NCBI GenBank assembly: GCA_965212015.1
Contig: OZ243037.1
Location: forward strand, 1,536,001 to 1,600,000
Direction: 5' to 3'
Source of the DNA: Cenarchaeum sp.
GTDB lineage: Archaea; Thermoproteota; Nitrososphaeria; Nitrososphaerales; Nitrosopumilaceae
DNA length: 64,000 nucleotides
The notes below the pieces were generated by a model that saw nothing but the letters and a program-made list of their open reading frames with translations, was not told the origin of the DNA and ran no database searches. Each line of letters starts with the position of its first letter. Position 1 is the stretch's first letter. Shown in pieces: positions 9,197 through 18,429 of this stretch. A program made the position numbers and the translations under genes.

Positions 9197-9617
9197 TTTT
9201 TAATTCTTGGTTTTTTGCAGTATTCTTGTAATTTTTTTCCATATTTTATTATCTTCTGATTGCGTAGATTCTGAGTTAAAAGCAATTTATCTGTAATGAA
9301 GGTAGAAAAATCATCTTTGATTGTAACAATATGATTATATTTCATATATGTTTTTCTAACCAATCCCTAGTCTCTGTCTTGGCTTCATTGCTTAAGGCAG
9401 CATATTTTTCTTGGATCGGTTTTGTTGTTTTAATCTGATTGAACAGCACAAACGCATTTTTGTTTTCAAGTTTGGCAATTATGAGGCTTATCAAGTCTGA
9501 ATTGTATGGCAATACGGCTATCCCTTTTTCATAACCCTTTATGCCGTCAGTTTTTACGCACGGATAAAATTGAGACAATAATTCGAATGTTTTGTCCTGA
9601 AAGCTTTGTCTAGGCAT
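9187..9617 (-). pseudogene. Hypothetical protein split into two ORFs (9342..9617 and 9187..9345)
   Basis: Stop of the first ORF overlaps an ATG within CATATATGA; second ORF MKYNHIVTIKDDFSTF... (52 aa). Either a frameshift or two coupled genes. Confidence 0.4.
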
Positions 9618-9970
9618 GGTTTGTTTTATATATTGGCGAATACATTCTATACTATGAAACGCAGATTAAAAGAATTCAAGGTAGGGGATCATTTGATTGT
9701 TACCGAAGACCCCATCAAGGCAAGAATCCGTGAAATTTTTAGCGATTGAATAACCCTGTATCAACCATTTCAGACTTGCACCGGAAACAACCCGGCTCAC
9801 CCACATAATCCACGCAGACACGTGATTTCACCCTCGTGCGTATACATCCCAGACCCACACCACACATTCCAGACGTACCGCAAAAAATAATCGATTCAAT
9901 TGCCGGATGTGCCATAGTAGGGACATGCTGTTTGCAAACCAATAAAGCAAGCAATACACGTGCCCGTATG

Positions 9971-10411
9971 ATGGCAAACTATTGGCTTGCAAAGCAAGAG
10001 CCCGACGGGCCCCGCGGATACAGCTTTGCACAGCTAAAAAGGGACAAAAAGACCACGTGGGACGGCGTCCACAACAATCTGGCACTAAAGCACATGCGTT
10101 CCATGAAAAAAGGAGATCTGGCGCTGTTCTACCACACGGGAGCAGAGAGGAGGGCAGTGGGAATAATGGAGATGACATCGCACCCCTATCCGAATCCTGA
10201 TGAGCAAAACGAGCGCTTTATCACAATCGACGTAAAATACAAAAAAGAGCTAAAAAACCCGGTCACACTCGACGAGATAAAAAGACACAAAGAGTTCTGG
10301 GACTGGGAGCTGCTGAGGATATCGAGGCTTTCAGTCATGCCTGTCCCAAGGAATATCTGGGACGGAATAATGCGCCTCTCGCAGCAGGCGTCAGGTGCGG
10401 GGAAAAGTTAA
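9971..10411 (+). CDS. EVE domain protein
   Basis: YWLAKQEP, WDGVHN, MKKGDLALFYHTG, SRLSVMPV. Confidence 0.93.
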   Translation: MANYWLAKQEPDGPRGYSFAQLKRDKKTTWDGVHNNLALKHMRSMKKGDLALFYHTGAERRAVGIMEMTSHPYPNPDEQNERFITIDVKYKKELKNPVTLDEIKRHKEFWDWELLRISRLSVMPVPRNIWDGIMRLSQQASGAGKS

Positions 10412-10468
10412 GTAACGCTTAACCCCGTATTAGGATTGATTATATGCGGCATTTGTGACCCATACCCT

Positions 10469-11680
10469 ATGGCAAAGATGCGCCTGCAGTGCAGGGAGTG
10501 CAAAAAAGAGTGCGAGCCGGTATTCCGGTACGTCTGCGACGAGTGCTTCGGACCGCTAGACGTAAAATACGACTTTGGGCACGTAAGCAAGGACACCTTT
10601 GCGGGCCGCATCAACACGTACTGGAGATACTTTGAGATGCTGCCCATACTTGATAAATCAAACATTGTAAGCATTGATGCGGGCATGACGCCGCTGATAA
10701 AGGCAGACAAGCTGGGCAAACAGCTTGGACTGGACAACCTGTACATAAAAAACGACTCTGTAAACCCGACATTCTCATTCAAGGACAGGCCGGCGGGGGT
10801 GGCCGTATCAAAGTCAAAGGAGCTCGGACTGAAATCAGTCGGCTGCGCCTCCACAGGCAACCTGGCGTCGGCGACGGCTGCACATGCGGCAAAGGGCGGA
10901 TTTACATGCCACGTGTTTGCCCCAAGTGACATCGAGGTCCCAAAGATAGCGCAGGCCCTGTCGTACGGCGCCAACTTTGTGGCAATACGCGGCACGTACG
11001 ACGACGCAAACACGATTGCCGCGCAGATAGGCGACAGGCGGGGAATCGGAATCGTAAACATCAACATGAGGCCCTATTACGTTGAGGGCTCAAAGACGCT
11101 TGCATACGAGGTGGCAGAACAATTAGACTGGCAGACGCCGGACCACCTGGTGGTTCCGGTGGGAAGCGGCGCAATGCTCAACTCCATCTGCAAGGGCTTT
11201 GAGGAGCTACAAGAGTTGTCGCTTTTGGGCGACGTCTCTGCAATGAAAATCAATGCCGCGCAGCCCAAAGGATGCGCGCCGATAGTGGACGCATTTGAGG
11301 GCAACTGTGAGATACGCCCGGTGGAGCGACCAGACACGGTGGCAAAAAGCCTGGCCATAGGGGATCCCGGAGACGGGAGGTACGTCCTGAAAAGACTGGC
11401 GCAGTACAACGGCGTTGCGATGGACTCTGCGGACCGGGAGATACTTGATGCCATACTGCTGCTTGCAAGGACGGAGGGAATATTTACGGAACCCGCCGGC
11501 GGCGTCGCCGTCTCCGTACTGCAAAAGATGGCGCAGCAAAAAAAGATAGACCGGGACGAGCTTACAGTATGCTATATCACGGGAAACGGCCTGAAATCCA
11601 CCGAATCCCTGATGCAGGTGCTTGACAGGCCGCAGGAGATGCAGGCCGACGTTGATGCCATATCGGCGGTGATAAGTTGA
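10469..11680 (+). CDS. thrC: Threonine synthase family PLP enzyme
   Basis: N-terminal Zn ribbon, NPTFSFKDR, ASTGN, EGSKT, TGNGLK. Confidence 0.9.
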   Translation: MAKMRLQCRECKKECEPVFRYVCDECFGPLDVKYDFGHVSKDTFAGRINTYWRYFEMLPILDKSNIVSIDAGMTPLIKADKLGKQLGLDNLYIKNDSVNPTFSFKDRPAGVAVSKSKELGLKSVGCASTGNLASATAAHAAKGGFTCHVFAPSDIEVPKIAQALSYGANFVAIRGTYDDANTIAAQIGDRRGIGIVNINMRPYYVEGSKTLAYEVAEQLDWQTPDHLVVPVGSGAMLNSICKGFEELQELSLLGDVSAMKINAAQPKGCAPIVDAFEGNCEIRPVERPDTVAKSLAIGDPGDGRYVLKRLAQYNGVAMDSADREILDAILLLARTEGIFTEPAGGVAVSVLQKMAQQKKIDRDELTVCYITGNGLKSTESLMQVLDRPQEMQADVDAISAVIS

Positions 11681-12984
11681 CCGTAACGTTTGTGGTGCCG
11701 TCGGTGCTAAACTCCGGCAAGGGTGAAAAAAGAATAACACTTGACGCCCCCACGCTAGGCGAGGCAGTCTCCCTCCTTGCAAAAGAGATGGACGGTGACT
11801 TTACGCGGCGCGTCTTTGAGGGCGACGGCTCTGTGCGCGCGCTGATAAACGTCTACATAAACGGCAAGAATGCAAAGTTTTCAGGCGGCATGAGCTATAA
11901 GCTTGAGGACGGCGACGAGCTGTACATACTGCCGGCGGTGGCAGGCGGCTCTGAGCTGACAGAGGCAGAAAAGGACAGGTACTCGCGCCAGATCATGCTA
12001 GAGCAGATAGGATACGCCGGGCAGCTAAAGCTCCGGTCGGCCCGGGTGTGCGTGATAGGCGTGGGCGGCCTTGGAAACCCCATAGTGTCGCGCCTCACCG
12101 CAATGGGGGTGGGATTTTTGCGCATCATAGACCGCGATGTAATAGAGAGCTCCAACCTGCACCGCCAGACGCTCTTTGAGGAGGGGGACATTGGCGACAT
12201 AAAGGTAGAGGCCGCCGCCAAAAAGCTGCGCAAGCTCAACTCGGGCGTGCAAATCGAGGCGCTTCCAGTATCAGTAAACGAGTATACCGCGCCGGACGTA
12301 ATAGAGGGCTGCGACGTTGTAATTGACGCGCTAGACAGCGTGAATGCCCGGTACGCCCTGAATCGCGCATGCGTGGAGAAAAAAATCCCGTTTGTGACCG
12401 GCGCCGCAGTCGGCGTCTCGGGGCAGGCCTTTAGCGTGGTCGACGGCTCTGCGTGCTATTGCTGCGTCTTTCCGGACCTGGACGAGGATTCCATGCCGAC
12501 CTGCTCAATTGAGGGCGTGCACCCGCCGATACTGTCGCTAGTCGGCGCAGTCCAGGTCTCTGAAGCAGTAAAGATCATCCTCGGACAAAAGCCCGGATTG
12601 TCCGAGCGCATGCTATCGATGGATCTGTCGGGGCCGGACTTTGCGTTTGTGCGCACGCAGCGCGTCGCAGAATGCCCCGTGTGTGGCTCCGGCGTCAGAA
12701 AAGAGACTGCAAAAAAACCGCTGATAATAGAGGAGCTGTGCGGGAGAAACAGGGGAAAGCGGACGTTTTCGCTGACGCCTACGGCGCAGTTTGATTTAGA
12801 CTTTGATGCGGTGGAAAAGCTTGCACGCAAAAAAGGCTATGCCGTGGAGCGCCACAGCATGGGAATTTTAATGCAAAACACGGACTGCTCTGTGAGCTTT
12901 ATGAAGCACGGCTCTGCGGTGCTAGTCGGGCCCAAGGACGAGGATGCCGCAACAGTGCTGTACGAGTCGCTTTTGGGCAGATAA
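11677..12984 (+). CDS. ThiS/MoaD ubiquitin-like domain fused to MoeB/ThiF E1-like adenylyltransferase
   Basis: ILPAVAGG, then RYSRQ, GVGGLG, SNLHRQ and CxxC pairs. Confidence 0.93.
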   Translation: MTVTFVVPSVLNSGKGEKRITLDAPTLGEAVSLLAKEMDGDFTRRVFEGDGSVRALINVYINGKNAKFSGGMSYKLEDGDELYILPAVAGGSELTEAEKDRYSRQIMLEQIGYAGQLKLRSARVCVIGVGGLGNPIVSRLTAMGVGFLRIIDRDVIESSNLHRQTLFEEGDIGDIKVEAAAKKLRKLNSGVQIEALPVSVNEYTAPDVIEGCDVVIDALDSVNARYALNRACVEKKIPFVTGAAVGVSGQAFSVVDGSACYCCVFPDLDEDSMPTCSIEGVHPPILSLVGAVQVSEAVKIILGQKPGLSERMLSMDLSGPDFAFVRTQRVAECPVCGSGVRKETAKKPLIIEELCGRNRGKRTFSLTPTAQFDLDFDAVEKLARKKGYAVERHSMGILMQNTDCSVSFMKHGSAVLVGPKDEDAATVLYESLLGR

Positions 12985-13032
12985 CCACACGCCGCAACAT
13001 GCCATGCCGCGCACCTGTTTGCGCGCAATTAT

Positions 13033-13752
13033 ATGCGGCAAAACAATTCACAAGACATGCCAAAGACGGTAATAATACCGGACATTCACACGAAATTCTC
13101 TGCTGCAGAGTTTGTAATAGGCAGGGAAAAACCCGACAGAACGGTGTTTCTGGGAGATTACTTTGACTCGTATTACGAGACGGAATCGGACACCCACAAC
13201 ACCGCGCAGTGGCTGTATGAATCGCTGCAAAATAAAGACAGGACGCACCTGATTGGAAACCATGATCTCAGCTATATGGCTGCAAACCCGAGGCTGAAAT
13301 GCTCGGGATTTTCCGAATCAAAACAGTTCATAATAAACAAGTACAAGATACCGTGGGAACAGCTAAGGCCGTACTGCTATGTAGGGGACTATCTGTGCAC
13401 CCATGCCGGAATAAGCAGGAATTTCTTCGAGCAGTACGCCACGACCGGCCTTGCCGAATTCATCGCAGAATCCGACGAGGACGTAATGCACCTTGATGAC
13501 GGGCGCTACCGGGACAGGTTTTTTCAGGCAGGAACGCTGCGCGGCGGCACCGCCGGGTGCGGCGGAATCTTTTGGTGCGACTATGACGAGTTTGAGGACA
13601 TTGCCGGCACAAGGCAGGTATTTGGCCACACCCGCGCAGACGATGTGCGGCAGACAGAACACCACATCTGTCTGGACACCGGGCTGAACCACTATGCGGT
13701 GCATGAAAACGGCAAAATAAGGGTCGTAAAGACAGGCGGGCCCCGGCCCTGA
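13033..13752 (+). CDS. Calcineurin-like metallophosphoesterase
   Basis: DIH, GDYFD, GNHD, THAG, GHT motifs. Confidence 0.9.
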   Translation: MRQNNSQDMPKTVIIPDIHTKFSAAEFVIGREKPDRTVFLGDYFDSYYETESDTHNTAQWLYESLQNKDRTHLIGNHDLSYMAANPRLKCSGFSESKQFIINKYKIPWEQLRPYCYVGDYLCTHAGISRNFFEQYATTGLAEFIAESDEDVMHLDDGRYRDRFFQAGTLRGGTAGCGGIFWCDYDEFEDIAGTRQVFGHTRADDVRQTEHHICLDTGLNHYAVHENGKIRVVKTGGPRP

Positions 13753-13874
13753 TTCCTGCCAGAAAACGGGCCTGACCATGCCGTGCCTGACTGGGCACCT
13801 GCCCCTCTTGCCCCGCCGGCGCATGCGCTACTCGCTCCAAAAGCAATATCTATTACAAAACACACCGGTTTTCA

Positions 13875-14834
13875 TTGAAGATACTGATAATGCTGCTTTT
13901 GGCGCTGCCGGCGGGCCTTGCGGGGGCCGAAGAGATAACGGCATTTACCAACAGCGTGGCGTACTCTGACGGCCAGCCGCTGTTCGTGTACGGGACTGCG
14001 GCCCCCGGCGAGAGCCTGATTGTGAGGCTGTTTGCGCCAGACGGGACGATTGCAAAGTTCGACCAGACTATAGCGGACCCCGAAAACGGATCCTTCAACC
14101 ACGGGCTTTTGGTGTGGCCGGAATCCTCGCCGAGCTTTCCGTACGGCACGTACACAGTGGAGGTGATAAGCACAAAGCAGGACATGCTGTCGCATGTTAT
14201 TGACGTAAAGTTCACGTCAAGCTCCGAGCTAGTCGGCGTGCCGGTGGACAGGCAGATAAACACGCTGGTATTTGCGCCGGACACTGCCGCAGTAAACGCA
14301 ATGCTGCGCGTCTTTGTCCAGTCGACTAGCGACGGGCAGCTGATCGGCGGGCATCCTGACAAGCTGCTAAAGACCACGCACGTCCACCTTCCGGACGGCA
14401 CCGTGCAGAGGATTGCCGACTCGTTTCAGACGCTGCACCAGGGGCTGTATTATGCGGACTATACGCCAACGCAGCTGGGAACATACGTGTTTCATGTTGT
14501 GACGTTTCACCAGGGCGTGGTCTCGCACGGCTCGTTTGCCACGATAGTGCAGAGACAGGACATCGGGGGGATATCAGAAGAGATCCGCACGCTCAACACG
14601 ATTCTTCACGAATCTTCTGACGAGCTAGACAGGCTAAAGTCAGAGATTGCCGAGTTTGGCGTGATACTGGAGCAGGCCCACCAGAACCTGGACTCTAGCG
14701 TGGTGTCGGTGTCCGACTCTGTGTCCAACATCGAGGAGGCATCCGTGCAGCTCAACTCGCTTTTGTTTCCCGTGGTTGCATCGATTGCGGTGATTGTCGC
14801 ACTACAGATTATAATACTGGCAAGGCGCAGATAG
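13875..14834 (+). CDS. Secreted, C-terminally membrane-anchored hypothetical protein with coiled coil
   Basis: Signal peptide, Ig-like beta-rich region, heptad region, C-terminal TM ending RRR. Confidence 0.8.
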   Translation: MKILIMLLLALPAGLAGAEEITAFTNSVAYSDGQPLFVYGTAAPGESLIVRLFAPDGTIAKFDQTIADPENGSFNHGLLVWPESSPSFPYGTYTVEVISTKQDMLSHVIDVKFTSSSELVGVPVDRQINTLVFAPDTAAVNAMLRVFVQSTSDGQLIGGHPDKLLKTTHVHLPDGTVQRIADSFQTLHQGLYYADYTPTQLGTYVFHVVTFHQGVVSHGSFATIVQRQDIGGISEEIRTLNTILHESSDELDRLKSEIAEFGVILEQAHQNLDSSVVSVSDSVSNIEEASVQLNSLLFPVVASIAVIVALQIIILARRR

Positions 14835-14838
14835 TGCA

Positions 14839-17800
14839 ATGAGGGCCGTCCTGCTGGTTCTTGCCTGCGTGACTACCGGCGGCGCATCGGCGTTTCTGGG
14901 AGGCGACCTGCTGTACGAGGACGAGACGATCACGCCGCACTCCGGAATACTGGGAGTTCCTGAGGGCACGCACGACGCAAAGGTGTGGCGCTATCTGGTG
15001 TTTGGCGAGGGCCGCATGCCAGTAGATGCTGCGCGCCATGCAAGCTCGGAGAACGGGTTTTTTCTGATAACCGCACTTGAGGAGGGGCAGGCATCCTCGC
15101 TTGCGGCACGCGGGTATTCCGTAATTCCGGACTTTGAGATAGACTTGCACTCAGAAATGGGAACGCCGGCGCTGTCTGCGTACGAGAGCGAGTTTGAATA
15201 CACGGGTGAGGGCGTCACGGTGGCGATAATAGACACGGGGGTGGACTTTTCAAACCCGGACATGATGCACGCACTTGCACGGGATTCTGACTATAACCCC
15301 GTAATGCTTGATGCAGACGGGCAGGGCATCGTGCTGACCAACGCCACGTTTGCCGCAAACATTGACCCAAACGGCATACTGCGCAACCACACAGGCTCGC
15401 TGCCAGAAAACGTGACTTCGGGCGTGTATGCCACCAAACAGGGGGTGTTCCTTGACGTGGAGCGGGGCGGCGAGGGCACCACCATCCAGGTATACAATTC
15501 ATTTTTTCCGCACAACGGCATAGAGCCGGTGTTCAACGGGACGCTGGATGACGACATGAGGATCGGCGAGAGCTCCCGGCAGTACATAGAGTCAAAAAGC
15601 GGCCTGTACCGGCTGGGCGTGATATACCAGGGGGCGCTCTCCGGCCCGTACACCGGGCTGCAAACCATACCCGTACTGCTGGTGGATTCCGAGACTGCCG
15701 GCGTGTACGACACGATAATACCTGATATGTCCACCGGGTGGGAGGACTATGCCGGCGACGGCGACTATGACTTTGACTTTACCGACGAGCGGCCAGTAGT
15801 GATTGGGCGCGGGCAGGAGTTTCTCACGTACGACTCTGACGGCGACGGGCGGGACGACTTTAGCGCGGGGACAGTCGGGGCGCATGTCGTGGATGTGTAC
15901 GGCGTGATTGCCGACGAGCCGGACATTGATGACATTGCCGGCGTGCTAAACGCCACGCTGCTGCCGCCGCTTGATCCCGGCGGCGAGTTTTTCGGAATAA
16001 TGACGGACTTTGTAGGCCACGGGACCTCTAGTGCTGCCACCATAGTCTCAAACGGGACACAGGAATACGGCATTTACAACAAGACCTCAAAGCACACCAT
16101 ACGGGGGGTGGCGCCAGACGCCAAGATAGTGCCGATAAAGGCGCTGTGGTTTGGCGATACAGTGTACGCCTCGCTGTGGGCCGCAGGCTTTGACTCGCAG
16201 GGAAACTGGACGTTCTCAGGTGCGCCGCGCGCGGACATTATATCGAACAGCTGGGGCGTGTCGACCTTTCCCCTCATAGGGCAGGCCCCCGGCCTTGACC
16301 TGCTATCTCTGATACAAAGCGCGCTTGCCACGCCAAACTCGCTTGACAGGAGGTATCCGGGCGTATTGATTGTAAACAGCGCGGGAAATTCCGGGCACGG
16401 CTATGGCACGATAGGGTTTCCGGGAACGGCGCCGTTTGCCATAACGGTGGGTGCTGCCACTGACAATGTCTTTGTGGGGCATGGATCCTTTCAGGGCGAG
16501 CCGCGGTTTGGCAACGACACGGACAACGCAGGACAGCTAGTCGACTTTTCAAGCAGGGGCCCGGGCATAGTCGGGGATCCAAAGCCGGAGCTGATGGGGA
16601 CAGGCGCGTACGGGTTTGTGCCGTCATCTGTCAACGGGCAGGATGACTCTACGGAGGGGCCGTTTTCGCTGTTTGGGGGCACCAGCATGGCCGCACCCAT
16701 AGTGTCGGCAAGCGCAGCGCTGGTAATGCAGGCCCTCGGCGAGCAGAACCAGGACTATGATCCGTTCCGCGTAAAAAACATCCTGGTCTCGACTGCACTC
16801 GACATGCAAAACGATCCGCTGGCGCAGGGGGCCGGCATGGTGGACGCCGACGGCGGAATACGATTCGTACTGGGCGAGCCGGGATACTTTATAGTCCACA
16901 ACGACGCCTCGTACGGCAACATCAAGGAGATACTTGACGTGCCGATAGAGGCGACAAACTCTACGGTGTACGGGCTGGACCGATTCAAGCTTCCCTCAAA
17001 GAGCTTTGATCAGGCCACGTGGTTTGGCGGGCACCTGCTGCCCGGCGAGCGCAGCACGGCGCGCCTTACGGTGGAAAACCCGTCGTCTGAGACACTCGAG
17101 CTCTCAGTTGCCGCAGAAAAGCTGTCCCTGATATACAGGACACAGTACGACGGCAACACGGTGCCGATGCAGCAGGATCCCGTCCTGAACAAGTCCGGGG
17201 TGTACGCGCCAAACTATATCCGGCTGGGCGACATCAGAGAATATCCGGATCTCCCGTCGTACTTTGACGCACCAGAGGAGATTCCCGCCGATGCGTCACT
17301 GATGATACTCAATGTCAACTTTCCGTTCGGCGAGTTTATGAACATGACGGATCCCGTCTTTGCAAACGACATGAAAATCTCGTCGCTCTATCTTTATGAC
17401 TGGAATGACGACAATGACACGCGCGTATCTAGTGAGGAGCTGTCCCTTGTAAACAGGGCGGGGGCGTGGGGGACAGTCCAGGAGATGCGGGTATCCGATC
17501 CCGCAGAACAGTTCGCCGGCGTGCCGCTAGTGGGGGTGTACCCGGTGCCCGTAAGGTACTCGTACTGGTCTGCCGCTACTGAGAACAATGCCACCTCGAT
17601 TGACTATGATCTGTCGGCAAGCTATTACAAAAAGGAAAAATGGGACGCAGTGTGGCTTGACAGGTTCGCACTCGAGATCCCCCCGCACAGTACCGCCCAG
17701 GTTGCCGCCACCATAGTGGTTCCAGATCACTTTCAGACTGGGGTGTACCAGGGATTCGTTAGCTTTCGCGGGACCAACCACACGGTAAACGTGCCGGTCA

Positions 17801-18336
17801 CGTTTGGCGTAAAGCAGCAGGCAGACGCCGACTCTGTATTGGTGATAGAAGGCAAGGCAGGCGATGACGTGGTGTTTGGAAACGGGTATTTCAAGGGCGC
17901 CTTTGACATGGTGAACCGCTATATGGCAGGCGACTGGCGGCAGTTTTACTTTGACGTGCAGGACCCGTCTATCAACACGGGAATCTTTGACGTGTTCTGG
18001 GAGGATCCGGACACGCACCTTTCGCTGTTTGCAGTCGACCCGCGGGGAAGGGTCGTCCACTCCAACGTGCAGCCTGGCGTCTTTGGACACTTTCAGGGTT
18101 GGCCAAGCTCCGACTGGCTTGGCATCTCGCCGTTCAGCCAGGGCGGGGGGTTTTTTCCCACAGGCTCAAAGTCGCCTGCGTCATCTGCAATGTACGTGCC
18201 GATCAACCAGACCGGGACATATTCCATTCTTGCGCATTCCGGCCTGTTTGGGGGCAACTTTACCACAGAAGAGATTACCGTTGCGGCAAAGTTTACGAGC
18301 ATTCCGCAGTATGATCCAGAGTCCCCTGCGGGATAG
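14839..18336 (+). CDS. S8 (subtilisin-like) serine peptidase, secreted
   Basis: Catalytic triad motifs IIDTGVD, GHGT, GTSMAAP; oxyanion SAGN. Confidence 0.93.
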   Translation: MRAVLLVLACVTTGGASAFLGGDLLYEDETITPHSGILGVPEGTHDAKVWRYLVFGEGRMPVDAARHASSENGFFLITALEEGQASSLAARGYSVIPDFEIDLHSEMGTPALSAYESEFEYTGEGVTVAIIDTGVDFSNPDMMHALARDSDYNPVMLDADGQGIVLTNATFAANIDPNGILRNHTGSLPENVTSGVYATKQGVFLDVERGGEGTTIQVYNSFFPHNGIEPVFNGTLDDDMRIGESSRQYIESKSGLYRLGVIYQGALSGPYTGLQTIPVLLVDSETAGVYDTIIPDMSTGWEDYAGDGDYDFDFTDERPVVIGRGQEFLTYDSDGDGRDDFSAGTVGAHVVDVYGVIADEPDIDDIAGVLNATLLPPLDPGGEFFGIMTDFVGHGTSSAATIVSNGTQEYGIYNKTSKHTIRGVAPDAKIVPIKALWFGDTVYASLWAAGFDSQGNWTFSGAPRADIISNSWGVSTFPLIGQAPGLDLLSLIQSALATPNSLDRRYPGVLIVNSAGNSGHGYGTIGFPGTAPFAITVGAATDNVFVGHGSFQGEPRFGNDTDNAGQLVDFSSRGPGIVGDPKPELMGTGAYGFVPSSVNGQDDSTEGPFSLFGGTSMAAPIVSASAALVMQALGEQNQDYDPFRVKNILVSTALDMQNDPLAQGAGMVDADGGIRFVLGEPGYFIVHNDASYGNIKEILDVPIEATNSTVYGLDRFKLPSKSFDQATWFGGHLLPGERSTARLTVENPSSETLELSVAAEKLSLIYRTQYDGNTVPMQQDPVLNKSGVYAPNYIRLGDIREYPDLPSYFDAPEEIPADASLMILNVNFPFGEFMNMTDPVFANDMKISSLYLYDWNDDNDTRVSSEELSLVNRAGAWGTVQEMRVSDPAEQFAGVPLVGVYPVPVRYSYWSAATENNATSIDYDLSASYYKKEKWDAVWLDRFALEIPPHSTAQVAATIVVPDHFQTGVYQGFVSFRGTNHTVNVPVTFGVKQQADADSVLVIEGKAGDDVVFGNGYFKGAFDMVNRYMAGDWRQFYFDVQDPSINTGIFDVFWEDPDTHLSLFAVDPRGRVVHSNVQPGVFGHFQGWPSSDWLGISPFSQGGGFFPTGSKSPASSAMYVPINQTGTYSILAHSGLFGGNFTTEEITVAAKFTSIPQYDPESPAG

Positions 18337-18429
18337 CGCGGTGTAGTGTCAGAAAGAATCACCGATCCAAATCTCTCTGCAGCTGATTTAATGTATGATT
18401 CCCCAAATCCGGAAAAACACAGCGGCGTT

